Positions 10,633 to 19,368 of a stretch of DNA of 64,000 bases are shown piece by piece. Numbering within the stretch: the first letter of the stretch is position 1; every line of letters starts with the position of its first letter. Under the pieces are notes generated by a model. That model did no database searches, was not told the origin of the DNA, and worked only from the letters and a program-made list of their open reading frames with translations. The stretch spans positions 79,432 through 143,431 of the forward strand of contig JACOUL010000008.1 of the NCBI GenBank assembly GCA_016177875.1, written 5' to 3'. Made by a program: the position numbers and the translations under genes. The stretch comes from Burkholderiales bacterium. Lineage in GTDB: Bacteria > Pseudomonadota > Gammaproteobacteria > Burkholderiales > Burkholderiaceae_D.

Positions 10633-10983
10633 TTATGCACCCGCCGCCTGATCCAAGACCAACTCCCGCACCGGCCGCACTTCGATGCTGCCGTATTTGG
10701 CAGGCGGAATGCCGCTTGCGATGCGGATCGCATCGTTCAGATCGACGGCATCTACCAGATAGAAGCCGGCGAGCTGCTCCTTGGTTTCGGCAAACGGGCC
10801 ATCGTAAAGCGATATCTGTCCGTTGCGCACCCGCACCGTGGTGGCGGTGTGGACCGGATGCAGCGGCTCGGCAGCCAGCAGCCGCTTGCTTTCCACAAGC
10901 TGCTGCGCATAGGCGGCACAGTTGGGGTCCGGGCAGGCACTCCAGTTTTCTTGATCGAGATAAACCAGGCAGAGATATTTCAT
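10633..10983 (-). CDS. YciI-like / DGPF domain protein
   Basis: MKYLCLVYLDQENW... is a typical YciI family start. AGGAG RBS upstream. Co-oriented directly downstream of the ECF sigma gene. Confidence 0.65.
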   Translation of the reverse strand: MKYLCLVYLDQENWSACPDPNCAAYAQQLVESKRLLAAEPLHPVHTATTVRVRNGQISLYDGPFAETKEQLAGFYLVDAVDLNDAIRIASGIPPAKYGSIEVRPVRELVLDQAAGA

Positions 10984-11251
10984 TGCAACTCCTAGAGTAA
11001 GCACTTGGTAGAAATTCAATCCAATGCAAACGAAGCCGTTTTCAATGGGCCGGCGCGGCGAAACACGCAATATACGACGCCGTCGCTGGTCTTCGAACAT
11101 GCAGTTACAGTCAGATAGGCGATAGGATGGGGCATGTCGGTTTCCTTTCCGTTGATAATGTGTAATTTAAGAAGCTGGGATGACTTCCTTGTTACTAGTC
11201 GAACGGCGCTGATCGATTTCGACAATGCTCCGAAAAATTTTTACGAGTTTT

Positions 11252-12484
11252 TTAAGCTTGCAGTTCGGCAAGCCGGCGGCGAATGAAACGCCGCTCCGGT
11301 TCCTGCTTGGCGAATTTGAGCGCCCGCTCGTAGGCGTCTCGTGCTGCGGCGGCGTTGCCGATGCGCCGGCAAAGATCTGCCTTGGCCGCGTGCGCCAAAT
11401 GATAGGTGGACAGCGCTTCCTGTCCAAGCAAGCTTTCCACGAGCGCCAATCCGGCTTCCGGGCCATTGCACATCGCCACCGCTACCGCGCGATTCAGTTC
11501 AACCACCGGCGACGGTTCCAATCGCAACAGTGCGTCATACAAACCGATGATCTGCGGCCAGTCCGTATCCTCTGCGCGTGCGGCCTCGGCATGGACTGCC
11601 GCAATCGCCGCCTGCAAGGCGTAAGGGCCGAAGCGGCGCGAGCGCAGCGCACTTTGCACCAAGTCGCAGCCTTCATTAATCAGCGCCGCATCCCAGCAGC
11701 TGCGATCTTGTTCATCCAGCGGGATCAGGTCGCCGCCGGCCGTGACGCGTGCAAGGCGGCGCGACTCATGCAAGAGCATCAGCGCAAGCAGTCCGGACAC
11801 TTCCGGTTCGGGCAACAGTTCCTGCACCAGGCGCGCCAGCCGAATCGCCTCGCCCGACAAATCGGCCCGCAAGACCGCATCGCCCGACGATGCGGAATAA
11901 CCTTCGTTGAATACCAGATAAATTACGCGCAATACGCTAGGCAGACGGTTGGATAATTCATCGATACCGGGCACCTGGTAGGGAATGCGCGCATCGCGAA
12001 TCTTGGCTTTGGCGCGTACGATGCGCTGGGCCAGGGTCGGCGCCGCAAGCAGGCAGGCACGTGCGATTTCTTCCGTCGTCAGGCCGCATACTTCGCGCAA
12101 GGTCAGCGCGATTCTCGAATCTTCCGCAAGACTGGGATGGCAACAGGTAAAAATCAGGCGCAGCCGGTCATCCTCCAGCTCGTGCGCCGCTTCGCCCGAC
12201 TGCGATTCATCGGCGAGATTGTCCATGTGCTCGGCAACTTCATCCCAAGGCGTGAAGCGGCGCTGACGGCGCAGTTGATCGATCGCCTTGAAGCGCCCGG
12301 CCGATACCAGCCACGCAACGGGATTGGCCGGGACGCCTTCACCGGGCCAGCGCTCGGCTGCCGCGGCGAATGCATCATGCAAAGCTTCCTCGGCAAGATC
12401 GAAGCTGCCGAGGAGCCGAACCAGCGTCGCGAAAACACGCCGGGACTCATCGCGATAAATGGATTCCAAATTTGGGGCGGTCAT
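11252..12484 (-). CDS. ECF-type RNA polymerase sigma factor with long C-terminal TPR-like extension (ECF42-like)
   Basis: Start set at MTAPNLESIYRDESRRVF (ATG at 12482-12484). Sigma-2 and sigma-4 regions (LTLREVCGLTTEEIARACLLAAPTLAQRIVRAK). ~230-aa C-terminal extension. The DGPF/YciI neighbour is the ECF42 hallmark. Confidence 0.8.
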   Translation of the reverse strand: MTAPNLESIYRDESRRVFATLVRLLGSFDLAEEALHDAFAAAAERWPGEGVPANPVAWLVSAGRFKAIDQLRRQRRFTPWDEVAEHMDNLADESQSGEAAHELEDDRLRLIFTCCHPSLAEDSRIALTLREVCGLTTEEIARACLLAAPTLAQRIVRAKAKIRDARIPYQVPGIDELSNRLPSVLRVIYLVFNEGYSASSGDAVLRADLSGEAIRLARLVQELLPEPEVSGLLALMLLHESRRLARVTAGGDLIPLDEQDRSCWDAALINEGCDLVQSALRSRRFGPYALQAAIAAVHAEAARAEDTDWPQIIGLYDALLRLEPSPVVELNRAVAVAMCNGPEAGLALVESLLGQEALSTYHLAHAAKADLCRRIGNAAAARDAYERALKFAKQEPERRFIRRRLAELQA

Positions 12485-12682
12485 GATCGCTGACGAGAGC
12501 TCGCTGAAATGGGGATGGATGTCGATCAACTGATGCGTCGCGGAGTTGAACCGATATTGTAAATCGTGTACCCAACGGCAGATTACGTTACCGAACTGCC
12601 GAAATCTGTAAAAATCTTTCAGTACCAGAAAACGCGGACTACATAATGGTATGCTTGCAGCTGAATTTTTCTGAATAAGTCC

Positions 12683-13393
12683 ATGCGCCAAATCGTCCTC
12701 GATACCGAAACTACCGGCTTGAATCCCCGCTCCGGCGACCGCATCATCGAGATCGGTTGTGTAGAGATCGTCAACCGGCGTCTGACCGGCAATAATTTTC
12801 ACCGCTACACCAATCCGGAACGCGACTCGGAAGAGGGCGCGCTCGCGGTGCACGGTTTGACCACCGAATTTCTGTCCGACAAACCCAAGTTTGCCGAGAT
12901 CGCCGACGAGTTGCGCGATTACGTCAAGGGTGCGGAAATCATCATCCATAATGCGCCGTTCGACTTGGCATTTTTGGATGCCGAATTTGAGCGGCTGGGT
13001 TTGCCGGTGTTCAAAGAGCATGTCGGCCCCGTCGTCGATACTTTAGTTCAAGCAAAGGAAATGCATCCGGGTAAGCGCAACTCCTTGGATGCGTTGTGCG
13101 ACCGCTACGGCGTGTCGAATGCCCACCGCACCTTGCACGGCGCTTTGCTCGATGCGGAGTTGCTGGCGGAAGTGTATTTGGCGATGACGCGCGGCCAAAA
13201 CAGCCTGACGATCGATTTGGCCGAGCCTGCAGCACAAGCGGCCGGCGCTGCCGCTGAAGGCGCGGCGCTGATCGAAAGCATCATCGTCTTGGCTGCGAGT
13301 GCGGAAGAGATTGCCGAGCATGAAGCGATGCTCGACAAGTTGGACAAGGAAGCCAAAGGCACTTGCGTCTGGCGCGCCGTAGCCGCGAATTGA
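12683..13393 (+). CDS. dnaQ: DNA polymerase III epsilon subunit (3'-5' proofreading exonuclease)
   Basis: MRQIVLDTETTGLNP...HNAPFDLAFL...HGALLDAELLAEVY: DEDDh Exo I-III motifs. Conserved rnhA/dnaQ neighbourhood. Confidence 0.9.
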   Translation: MRQIVLDTETTGLNPRSGDRIIEIGCVEIVNRRLTGNNFHRYTNPERDSEEGALAVHGLTTEFLSDKPKFAEIADELRDYVKGAEIIIHNAPFDLAFLDAEFERLGLPVFKEHVGPVVDTLVQAKEMHPGKRNSLDALCDRYGVSNAHRTLHGALLDAELLAEVYLAMTRGQNSLTIDLAEPAAQAAGAAAEGAALIESIIVLAASAEEIAEHEAMLDKLDKEAKGTCVWRAVAAN

Positions 13394-13431
13394 ACGCCCC
13401 AGCCATTTATGCGATAATGCCGTCCTCTATC

Positions 13432-13506
13432 GGGCGGTTAGCTCAGCGGTAGAGCACTGCCTTCACACGGCAGGGGTCACTGGTTCGAACCCAGTATCGC
13501 CCACCA
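13432..13506 (+). tRNA. tRNA-Val (anticodon CAC)
   Basis: Manual cloverleaf: acceptor stem GGGCGGT/ATCGCCC; D-arm GCTC..GAGC; anticodon stem CTGCC/GGCAG with loop TTCACAC; T-arm ACTGG-TTCGAAC-CCAGT; discriminator A; encoded CCA. Confidence 0.85.
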
Positions 13507-13514
13507 AATAAATC

Positions 13515-13548
13515 AAGGCCTTACGAGTGATCGTTTGGCCTTTTTTTT
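13515..13548 (+). terminator. Rho-independent terminator downstream of tRNA-Val
   Basis: AAGGCC...GGCCTT hairpin followed by a T8 run. Confidence 0.5.
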
Positions 13549-13605
13549 ATACGTGGAATTTGGCACATAATTGGCACAACGAGGTTTTTCCTTGGAGATC
13601 CATTT

Positions 13606-13686
13606 ATGGCGAATATTCAGAAGCGTGGAATCTATTGGCGTGCCCAGGTTAGGCGTAAGGGCTATCCTCGTACGCGAGCTGGTTAA
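13606..13686 (+). pseudogene. Remnant of a tyrosine integrase (N-terminal ~26 codons only)
   Basis: MANIQKRGIYWRAQVRRKGYPRTRAG* resembles the arm-binding N-terminus of tRNA-associated phage/island integrases (M..IRKRG..WQAQVRRKG..). No integrase-like continuation in any frame downstream. Confidence 0.5.
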
Positions 13687-13893
13687 ACATGATTGGGCTT
13701 TGACGGACAAAGTGACGCTCGCGGGATTTCCAATTCATAAGTGGACGGATATACCGCGTTCACTTGATAAGAATGGTCAGCAGCGATTTGACCTATTCGC
13801 TTTTGTTTTGAAAGAGTATTCGTCGGCGGCCAATTTTTCGATCGGCAGATAGTGAATCTCGATCCGTAAAAAAGCAGGGATTTTGGAGGAGCG

Positions 13894-14256
13894 ATGTCCG
13901 AACAGACCAAAGTGCAGCCGAGCTTTCGAGTTCACTACGAGAAGCTCGATTCGCCTGTCCGATTAATGCAGGAATTGCGAAGTGATGTCAAATTTGATGA
14001 CGACGCCTTAAACAACTTCGTTTGGATGATTTGGCCAAAATTTGAATGCGAAATAGATTCGCCGATTGAAGAAGGCATTGAGGCCGCGCCAGTCGGAACT
14101 GCAGTGATGCTGATTCTTAATCAGAACCCAGACTACAGAGCCATGCTACGAACAAGATTAAAAATAGGCGCAACTGGTTATTTTGTCGGCGGCTCAATGA
14201 AAATCGCGAAATTTGAAATAACAGAATTGCTTGGGGACGAAGCAAAGGCAAAGTGA
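13894..14256 (+). CDS. Hypothetical protein (island)
   Basis: 120-aa ORF in the low-GC island. Overlaps the next ORF by ATGA. Confidence 0.5.
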   Translation: MSEQTKVQPSFRVHYEKLDSPVRLMQELRSDVKFDDDALNNFVWMIWPKFECEIDSPIEEGIEAAPVGTAVMLILNQNPDYRAMLRTRLKIGATGYFVGGSMKIAKFEITELLGDEAKAK

Positions 14257-14723
14257 TGAGAGTAGCTGTTGAAAACATATTGAAGGAGATGTTGTCTCCT
14301 CATGGCTTCAGCCTGAATGTGTCCAAGGAAGCCAGGGAATATGTTCGAGAAAGAGCAGGACTTCTGGAAATTGTCGGAACGCGCAAGAGTCGTAAAGTCT
14401 CCGGACAGACGGCGGTATATTTTTCAGTGGAGGGAGGAAATCTCGCCGAACCGCGGACTTATGAGATTTCCCACGTCGCTCCGTTCAAGAATACATGGTG
14501 GTGGTCAAAGGGTTCATCCGAAGTTGAATGGGCCGGGCTTAGGCAACAACTTAGCTCCGTAGTGCTGCCGTATCTGGTTTCGCACGAGTCCGAATTCGAC
14601 GAAGCGCAGGCCCGTGAAGACGTTCATCAAGGTTTGTCTTTCCTTAACGCGAGCAACCCTTCATTTGAAAAAGTTGAGAATGCATATTGGCGTAAGCGCG
14701 GCAGCATTATTGATATGCAGTAA
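14253..14723 (+). CDS. Hypothetical protein (island)
   Basis: 156-aa ORF, translationally coupled to the upstream ORF. No recognisable motifs. Confidence 0.5.
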   Translation: MMRVAVENILKEMLSPHGFSLNVSKEAREYVRERAGLLEIVGTRKSRKVSGQTAVYFSVEGGNLAEPRTYEISHVAPFKNTWWWSKGSSEVEWAGLRQQLSSVVLPYLVSHESEFDEAQAREDVHQGLSFLNASNPSFEKVENAYWRKRGSIIDMQ

Positions 14724-14907
14724 ACCATACTTGACCTGGTAACCTCTGTCCGCTTTCATCGCGCATTGAAACTAGCCGAGCTTCCGAGATCAGCGAATTT
14801 CGTTCGGTAAGGCAATTATGTTATAAATTCCTCGTGGCGGCGTGCCGCAGCGATGTTAGCTACTAAAATGGCGAACACGTCACTACGCTCGCAAGCCTTC
14901 GACGTGA

Positions 14908-15663
14908 TTGAACCAGCACGTTCGGCAAATAAGAAATTTGAATTACATGAATACGACTTGGTACGAAGACGCTATGCAGTCAAGAGAGGTCGCCTTAATT
15001 GCGCGTTTTGGCCCGTACTCTCCTGAAGACAAAGTCTTTAAGCCACAAAATCAAGCGCTGGAAACAGCAATTCCAGGATTTGCCTTTCTTCGCTTTCCAC
15101 CTTCCGAAGGGCGGCCTTTTTGGCTTTATATTACGCACGGATTATCTCAACCATCCGAACCTGAGGAAAGCGAAAAACGTGATCAAGAACGTCTTTCAGG
15201 TTTTGGCATCGAGTTTGCGCTAGCTACTAGAGTTGAAGAAGCATGGCCATTTACGATGTTAGAGGCTCTGACCTCATATGCACTTCAAGGTATAAAGCCA
15301 GTGCTTCCATGGGATCGCGTTCCCTCAAGTGACCTAATGGAGAACGCGCCAGGAGGCCACCTGCTTGCACTTCAGGCGCCCGGCTATGACACCCAGATAA
15401 TCACAGCCACAGGAAAATTTCATATTGTTCACCTTGTAGGTGTGACCTCTGCGGAGGTGACGAAAGCCAAACTGCGGCCCGGCGTAGAAGGGAGCAAAGC
15501 TCTAGAGTGCGTCCTCCATCGACTAAATGTGGGCTGTGTCACTGACAGGAAACGAGAATGCTTGACTGATTCCATGGAATTTGAGGCGGCATGGGTAGCT
15601 TGCAACGAACAGCCTGCGCTCATAAATGACGAAAAAAAGAAACCATTTTGGAAAATCTGGTGA
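14908..15663 (+). CDS. SUFU-like (Suppressor-of-fused family) protein, candidate polymorphic-toxin immunity protein
   Basis: PFWLYITHGLS, GFGIEFALAT and AWPFTMLEALTSYAL align with the conserved SUFU N-domain blocks (HWHYISFGLS / GFGFELTFRL / PTWPAELMQGLARY). The true start may be MNTTWYEDA at ~14947. Confidence 0.55.
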   Translation: MNQHVRQIRNLNYMNTTWYEDAMQSREVALIARFGPYSPEDKVFKPQNQALETAIPGFAFLRFPPSEGRPFWLYITHGLSQPSEPEESEKRDQERLSGFGIEFALATRVEEAWPFTMLEALTSYALQGIKPVLPWDRVPSSDLMENAPGGHLLALQAPGYDTQIITATGKFHIVHLVGVTSAEVTKAKLRPGVEGSKALECVLHRLNVGCVTDRKRECLTDSMEFEAAWVACNEQPALINDEKKKPFWKIW

Positions 15664-15677
15664 CGCTGTGACGGAGC

Positions 15678-16409
15678 ATGAAATTGATTAGTTGTTCATG
15701 GAGGACTGGCCCAGAATTGAACGCGAAAACTCTAATTTCACTAATCCTTTGTTGGTGCATCCCCGCAGCGAACGCTTTGGCGGATGAGTTTGGCGAAGTT
15801 CAGCAATTGGCGCGAGCCTTCTTTATACGCGCAGGCACCGTAGAAGGGGACATTCAGGGCGTATATCTCAATTCACTTTCGGGCGGTTTGCCAAACAGCA
15901 AAAACGTGGAACAGGTAGCAGACGTCGCATTCCGCGTACGCGGACAAGGCACGCGCTACGTGCAGCTCTTCCAAATAGCAGGCAAATGGCAAGCGCTACG
16001 CATGCTGCCAGCTAACCAGCTGGCAGCGGCTAATCCCCAATTGATTGAGGAGTATAGACACGAGTATTGGCGCGAGACGGCACGCATGGAGCAGCGCATT
16101 GCCGCAGACTTACAGACGAGGCTGATCGCCGAGAAGAAGATCGATGATGTCAAATTCGCTCGTCCGCGCTGCTTCGTCGACTTGAAACACAACAAAGCGC
16201 TCTGCGACATCTTTTACCAGACGTGGTTGAAGCCCGAGCCGCAGTGCACCAATGCGGCTCGGCTGTTCGCACGCCATAACGGACAGTGGAGTGAAATTTC
16301 TGGCAAATATCATTCGGGGAAGCGTATCAATCCGAACAACGGCGAGGTTTTCACCATGATCTCAGAGCGGGAGAGTGCCGAATTTTGTCAAGCAAAAGGG
16401 GCACCGTGA
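15678..16409 (+). CDS. Hypothetical secreted protein (island)
   Basis: 243 aa. Hydrophobic N-terminal segment ending ...PAANALA (signal-peptide-like). Confidence 0.45.
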   Translation: MKLISCSWRTGPELNAKTLISLILCWCIPAANALADEFGEVQQLARAFFIRAGTVEGDIQGVYLNSLSGGLPNSKNVEQVADVAFRVRGQGTRYVQLFQIAGKWQALRMLPANQLAAANPQLIEEYRHEYWRETARMEQRIAADLQTRLIAEKKIDDVKFARPRCFVDLKHNKALCDIFYQTWLKPEPQCTNAARLFARHNGQWSEISGKYHSGKRINPNNGEVFTMISERESAEFCQAKGAP

Positions 16410-16936
16410 ATAAATTTTTTGTACTCCTACTGGGGTTATTCGTTTTCTGTTCGGCCGGAGCACAATCTGCCATTTCCTCGGCGAGGAGAGAGCTTTCTCC
16501 CATGATTCACTTGGAAGTAAAACGCCTATCCTCTCAAGGCGATGCATTAACAAAAAAAGGGAGCTATGCTGAAGCTATAGAGACATACTGGAAGGCATGG
16601 GACTTATTGCCTGAGCCAAAACAAGAATGGGATGCAGGTTTATGGCTTTTGGCAGCAATTGGCGACGCGAACTTCTTGAATCGAGATTATGTTGCATGTC
16701 GAGACAATCTCTCAGTAGCTATGCATTTCAGCGGTGCCATTGGTAATCCCTTTTTACACCTTCGGCTGGGACAATGCCAGTACGAACTCGGCAACATGAA
16801 GCGCGCAGCGGATGAACTCGCGAGAGCCTACCTCCTCGAAGGGAAAAAGATCTTTAAGAACGATGATCCAAAATACTTGACATTTATTAAGTCGAAGCTG
16901 AAGCCACCGCCAGGTGGATGGCCAGAAGGATGGTGA
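16406..16936 (+). CDS. Hypothetical secreted protein with TPR-like helical repeats (island)
   Basis: GTG start preceded by AAGGGG. Signal peptide MNKFFVLLLGLFVFCSAGAQS. Helical repeat content (YAEAIETYWKAW...). Confidence 0.45.
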   Translation: MNKFFVLLLGLFVFCSAGAQSAISSARRELSPMIHLEVKRLSSQGDALTKKGSYAEAIETYWKAWDLLPEPKQEWDAGLWLLAAIGDANFLNRDYVACRDNLSVAMHFSGAIGNPFLHLRLGQCQYELGNMKRAADELARAYLLEGKKIFKNDDPKYLTFIKSKLKPPPGGWPEGW

Positions 16937-17441
16937 TAAATCAAAACTTCGAACGCCCGCTTCCCGAACGTCCGACCGATTAAAATGGGTCGAACTCGGA
17001 AGTTCGCAATCTGACACATCCTGTCGGGTCAAGTCACAGCTTATACAATTGATATTGTCGACGTAGAGTTTCTCGGCGACTCGCGGTTTGCATTTTTTTA
17101 CGCCTCTGTGTGGCACCGCTCTCTTGATCGTAGCGGTCCGATTTCCTGCCCAGATGATGTGACGCGAGCTGCGTCCCAGTCGCTGGGGATTGAAGCTGTA
17201 GATCCCGTTCCGTGTACTTCACTTTTCTATGTTGGCCCGCCAAGCGATGGCGTACTGATTCCTCAGTATGCGGCACTCGAATCTGTGGCCCTCAGTCACT
17301 TCGGGAAGATAACGAAGCCGATGGATGTGTGGGGGCAAATACGCCCTGAATTTCGATATATGTTTAAGATGCCGACATAATATCGTTGCTTTCGCCAGCA
17401 AACATGGCGGCAACCTAATAAGCTTAAACTAAGGGGGGCAC

Positions 17442-18125
17442 ATGCCACCGTCAATCTGCGTTACCAAGGATAAATTACTAGAGTATGTCGTTCTTGAAGA
17501 AGACGAGGATACCGCTGTCTTACTCAAAGCCTCAAGCTTCCTATACATTGGTGCCGCCGAAAAAGAACATATTACGTATCACTACTGGAGCTACCCCACG
17601 TCTTGCGGTGTCGCATGGGTCTCGTTTTCGACCGATCTTACTATGAGAACGGAGAGTGAAGTTCCGTCTCACATTCAGTGCGCAACTCGCTCTCGCGACG
17701 AACATCCCATAAAGCAGACTGCGCCTCGCCATAAAATTCCTGTCGACCGCACACCAATAGCGAAGCCAGTTTTGATTCCCTATATGCTGGCTCCGGTCTG
17801 TGATTATTACCCGGTTTGGAACGAGAATATTCCGTTCGAAAACGCGGCCAATGCGTTCGAGGCCAAGCCAGTAACGGCGAACGTGGGGTACGTAGAATTA
17901 TCTTTCTGCGTTAAATTGTCCAGCGGACGGTTTGCACAATTGACTGCCCCAGCCCATCAGTCAAGTTCAGTATCGATTTCGCTGGAAATGTTTGAAGACG
18001 CAAGAAGTCGGGAGGACGAGAACTGCATAGGTTTTGTGCACGTTCAAGACATTAAAGAAATATTGGCGGTATTAGGGCGTGAGTACGTTGCTCCAACGGC
18101 TCGATATCCTTATGAATGGCGATAG
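17442..18125 (+). CDS. Hypothetical protein (island)
   Basis: 227-aa ORF with GGGGG RBS. Low GC. Confidence 0.45.
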   Translation: MPPSICVTKDKLLEYVVLEEDEDTAVLLKASSFLYIGAAEKEHITYHYWSYPTSCGVAWVSFSTDLTMRTESEVPSHIQCATRSRDEHPIKQTAPRHKIPVDRTPIAKPVLIPYMLAPVCDYYPVWNENIPFENAANAFEAKPVTANVGYVELSFCVKLSSGRFAQLTAPAHQSSSVSISLEMFEDARSREDENCIGFVHVQDIKEILAVLGREYVAPTARYPYEWR

Positions 18126-18200
18126 CCAGTTGACAAAAGCCTTGAGCGCGAATCCTACCAGATTCGTATTGAGCGAAATTGCAAAGGCGGAGGAGCCGAA

Positions 18201-18683
18201 ATGCTTTCGTGGATAGAACAAATGATTGGTTTGACTCCTAAGGCCAAGGAAAAGGCCAAGCAAATGGAGCAGAAGGCAAATGAGCTTGCATTGGTGTTGC
18301 CTTATGTCGTAAATCGCCAAGTTCTCGCTCTGATTCCCAAAAAAAAATGCTTCGACTGGACGAATCAGTGGAATGAACGTTCCAAAGTGGAGCGCCCTTT
18401 GGATGTGGGCCGTGATCAATGGTCTTATACCCGGTTTTATCTGGTTCACGGACAACTCAAATCGGAAGATCTGCCAGCACTTATAGCGAAACATCGAAAA
18501 TATTTCCTGAAATCTTACGTTGATGGATATGCCCCAAAATCACTGTGGCCGTGGGCGCCGACGGAAGATGAGTTTTCAGAGTGGTACGACGCTGTGCTGA
18601 TTCCAGGAAACGTTCACGATCTCGACGAGTCCTTATTAGCCAAAGAGCCGGATATTCTTAAAGCAATAACCCACCAATTTTAA
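18201..18683 (+). CDS. Hypothetical protein (island)
   Basis: 160-aa ORF. No recognisable motifs. Confidence 0.45.
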   Translation: MLSWIEQMIGLTPKAKEKAKQMEQKANELALVLPYVVNRQVLALIPKKKCFDWTNQWNERSKVERPLDVGRDQWSYTRFYLVHGQLKSEDLPALIAKHRKYFLKSYVDGYAPKSLWPWAPTEDEFSEWYDAVLIPGNVHDLDESLLAKEPDILKAITHQF

Positions 18684-18690
18684 ATAATAA

Positions 18691-19302
18691 ATGCAGAGGC
18701 TATCAATGGAGATTTCCAAGCTAATCAAAAAGATAGATGCACTGCCAAAGAGTATGTATCTTGAGTTTGACGGCAAAACTTACAAGAAGACTTATAAGCA
18801 TACGTTTTCGCCAGGGCTAAATAAAAATGATGTTGTTCAGGAATTGCTCAGGCTTTGGGTGCCTTTAGATATTTTGGAAGAAGGATGGCAGGACCTCTAC
18901 CAAATTTCAAATGGAATTAAGCTGTTCCATAGCGAAAGTGAGGATGTAGATACCGGCGAATACTTTATTCCCTCCATAGAGCTACACCCTCTAGGCAGAT
19001 TGGCGGCTGAGACGGGTTATATGCAATCTGAAGTATTCCAGGAGATTGAAGATGGGGATGATCCCCCTGTTTATTCCAAAGGCGTAGCAATAGGAGAGGC
19101 GTGTGGGACAGGTAATCGTTTTATTCTGAATAGATGGGGTGAACTGTCAGGAAATATCATTTATGCGGACCATGATCCCGACATAAACGAATGGCATACA
19201 AAGGCGTTTTCGAGTTCGCTTGTCGATTTTCTCGAGCAATTATCGTCAGATCCGTTTTCCACTCTTAGTCGCATTAGTGGTGCAGATAAAGTTTGGTTTT
19301 GA
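18691..19302 (+). CDS. SMI1/KNR4 (SUKH superfamily)-like protein, candidate immunity protein
   Basis: VAIGEACGTGNRFILNRWGELSGNIIYADHD matches the SUKH signature (I..d.gGn...d....G.V...dHe). C-terminal SLVDFLEQL is also SUKH-typical. Confidence 0.55.
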   Translation: MQRLSMEISKLIKKIDALPKSMYLEFDGKTYKKTYKHTFSPGLNKNDVVQELLRLWVPLDILEEGWQDLYQISNGIKLFHSESEDVDTGEYFIPSIELHPLGRLAAETGYMQSEVFQEIEDGDDPPVYSKGVAIGEACGTGNRFILNRWGELSGNIIYADHDPDINEWHTKAFSSSLVDFLEQLSSDPFSTLSRISGADKVWF

Positions 19303-19368
19303 TGCTAATTCGAATGGGAAAAATGAAACGCCTGATTTGGCTCTGAATGAATTGAAAAAGGGTGAGGT

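Noticed and set aside
12485-12682. Candidate ECF promoter TGTCGA-N10-CGTC upstream of the sigma factor gene
   Set aside because: The element is on the wrong strand for sigma-gene autoregulation, and its 10-nt spacer is too short for ECF -35/-10 geometry.
13571-13852. 93-aa ORF overlapping the integrase remnant
   Set aside because: Different frame from the recognisable integrase N-terminus and no integrase-like residues. Likely a spurious frame across a decayed gene.
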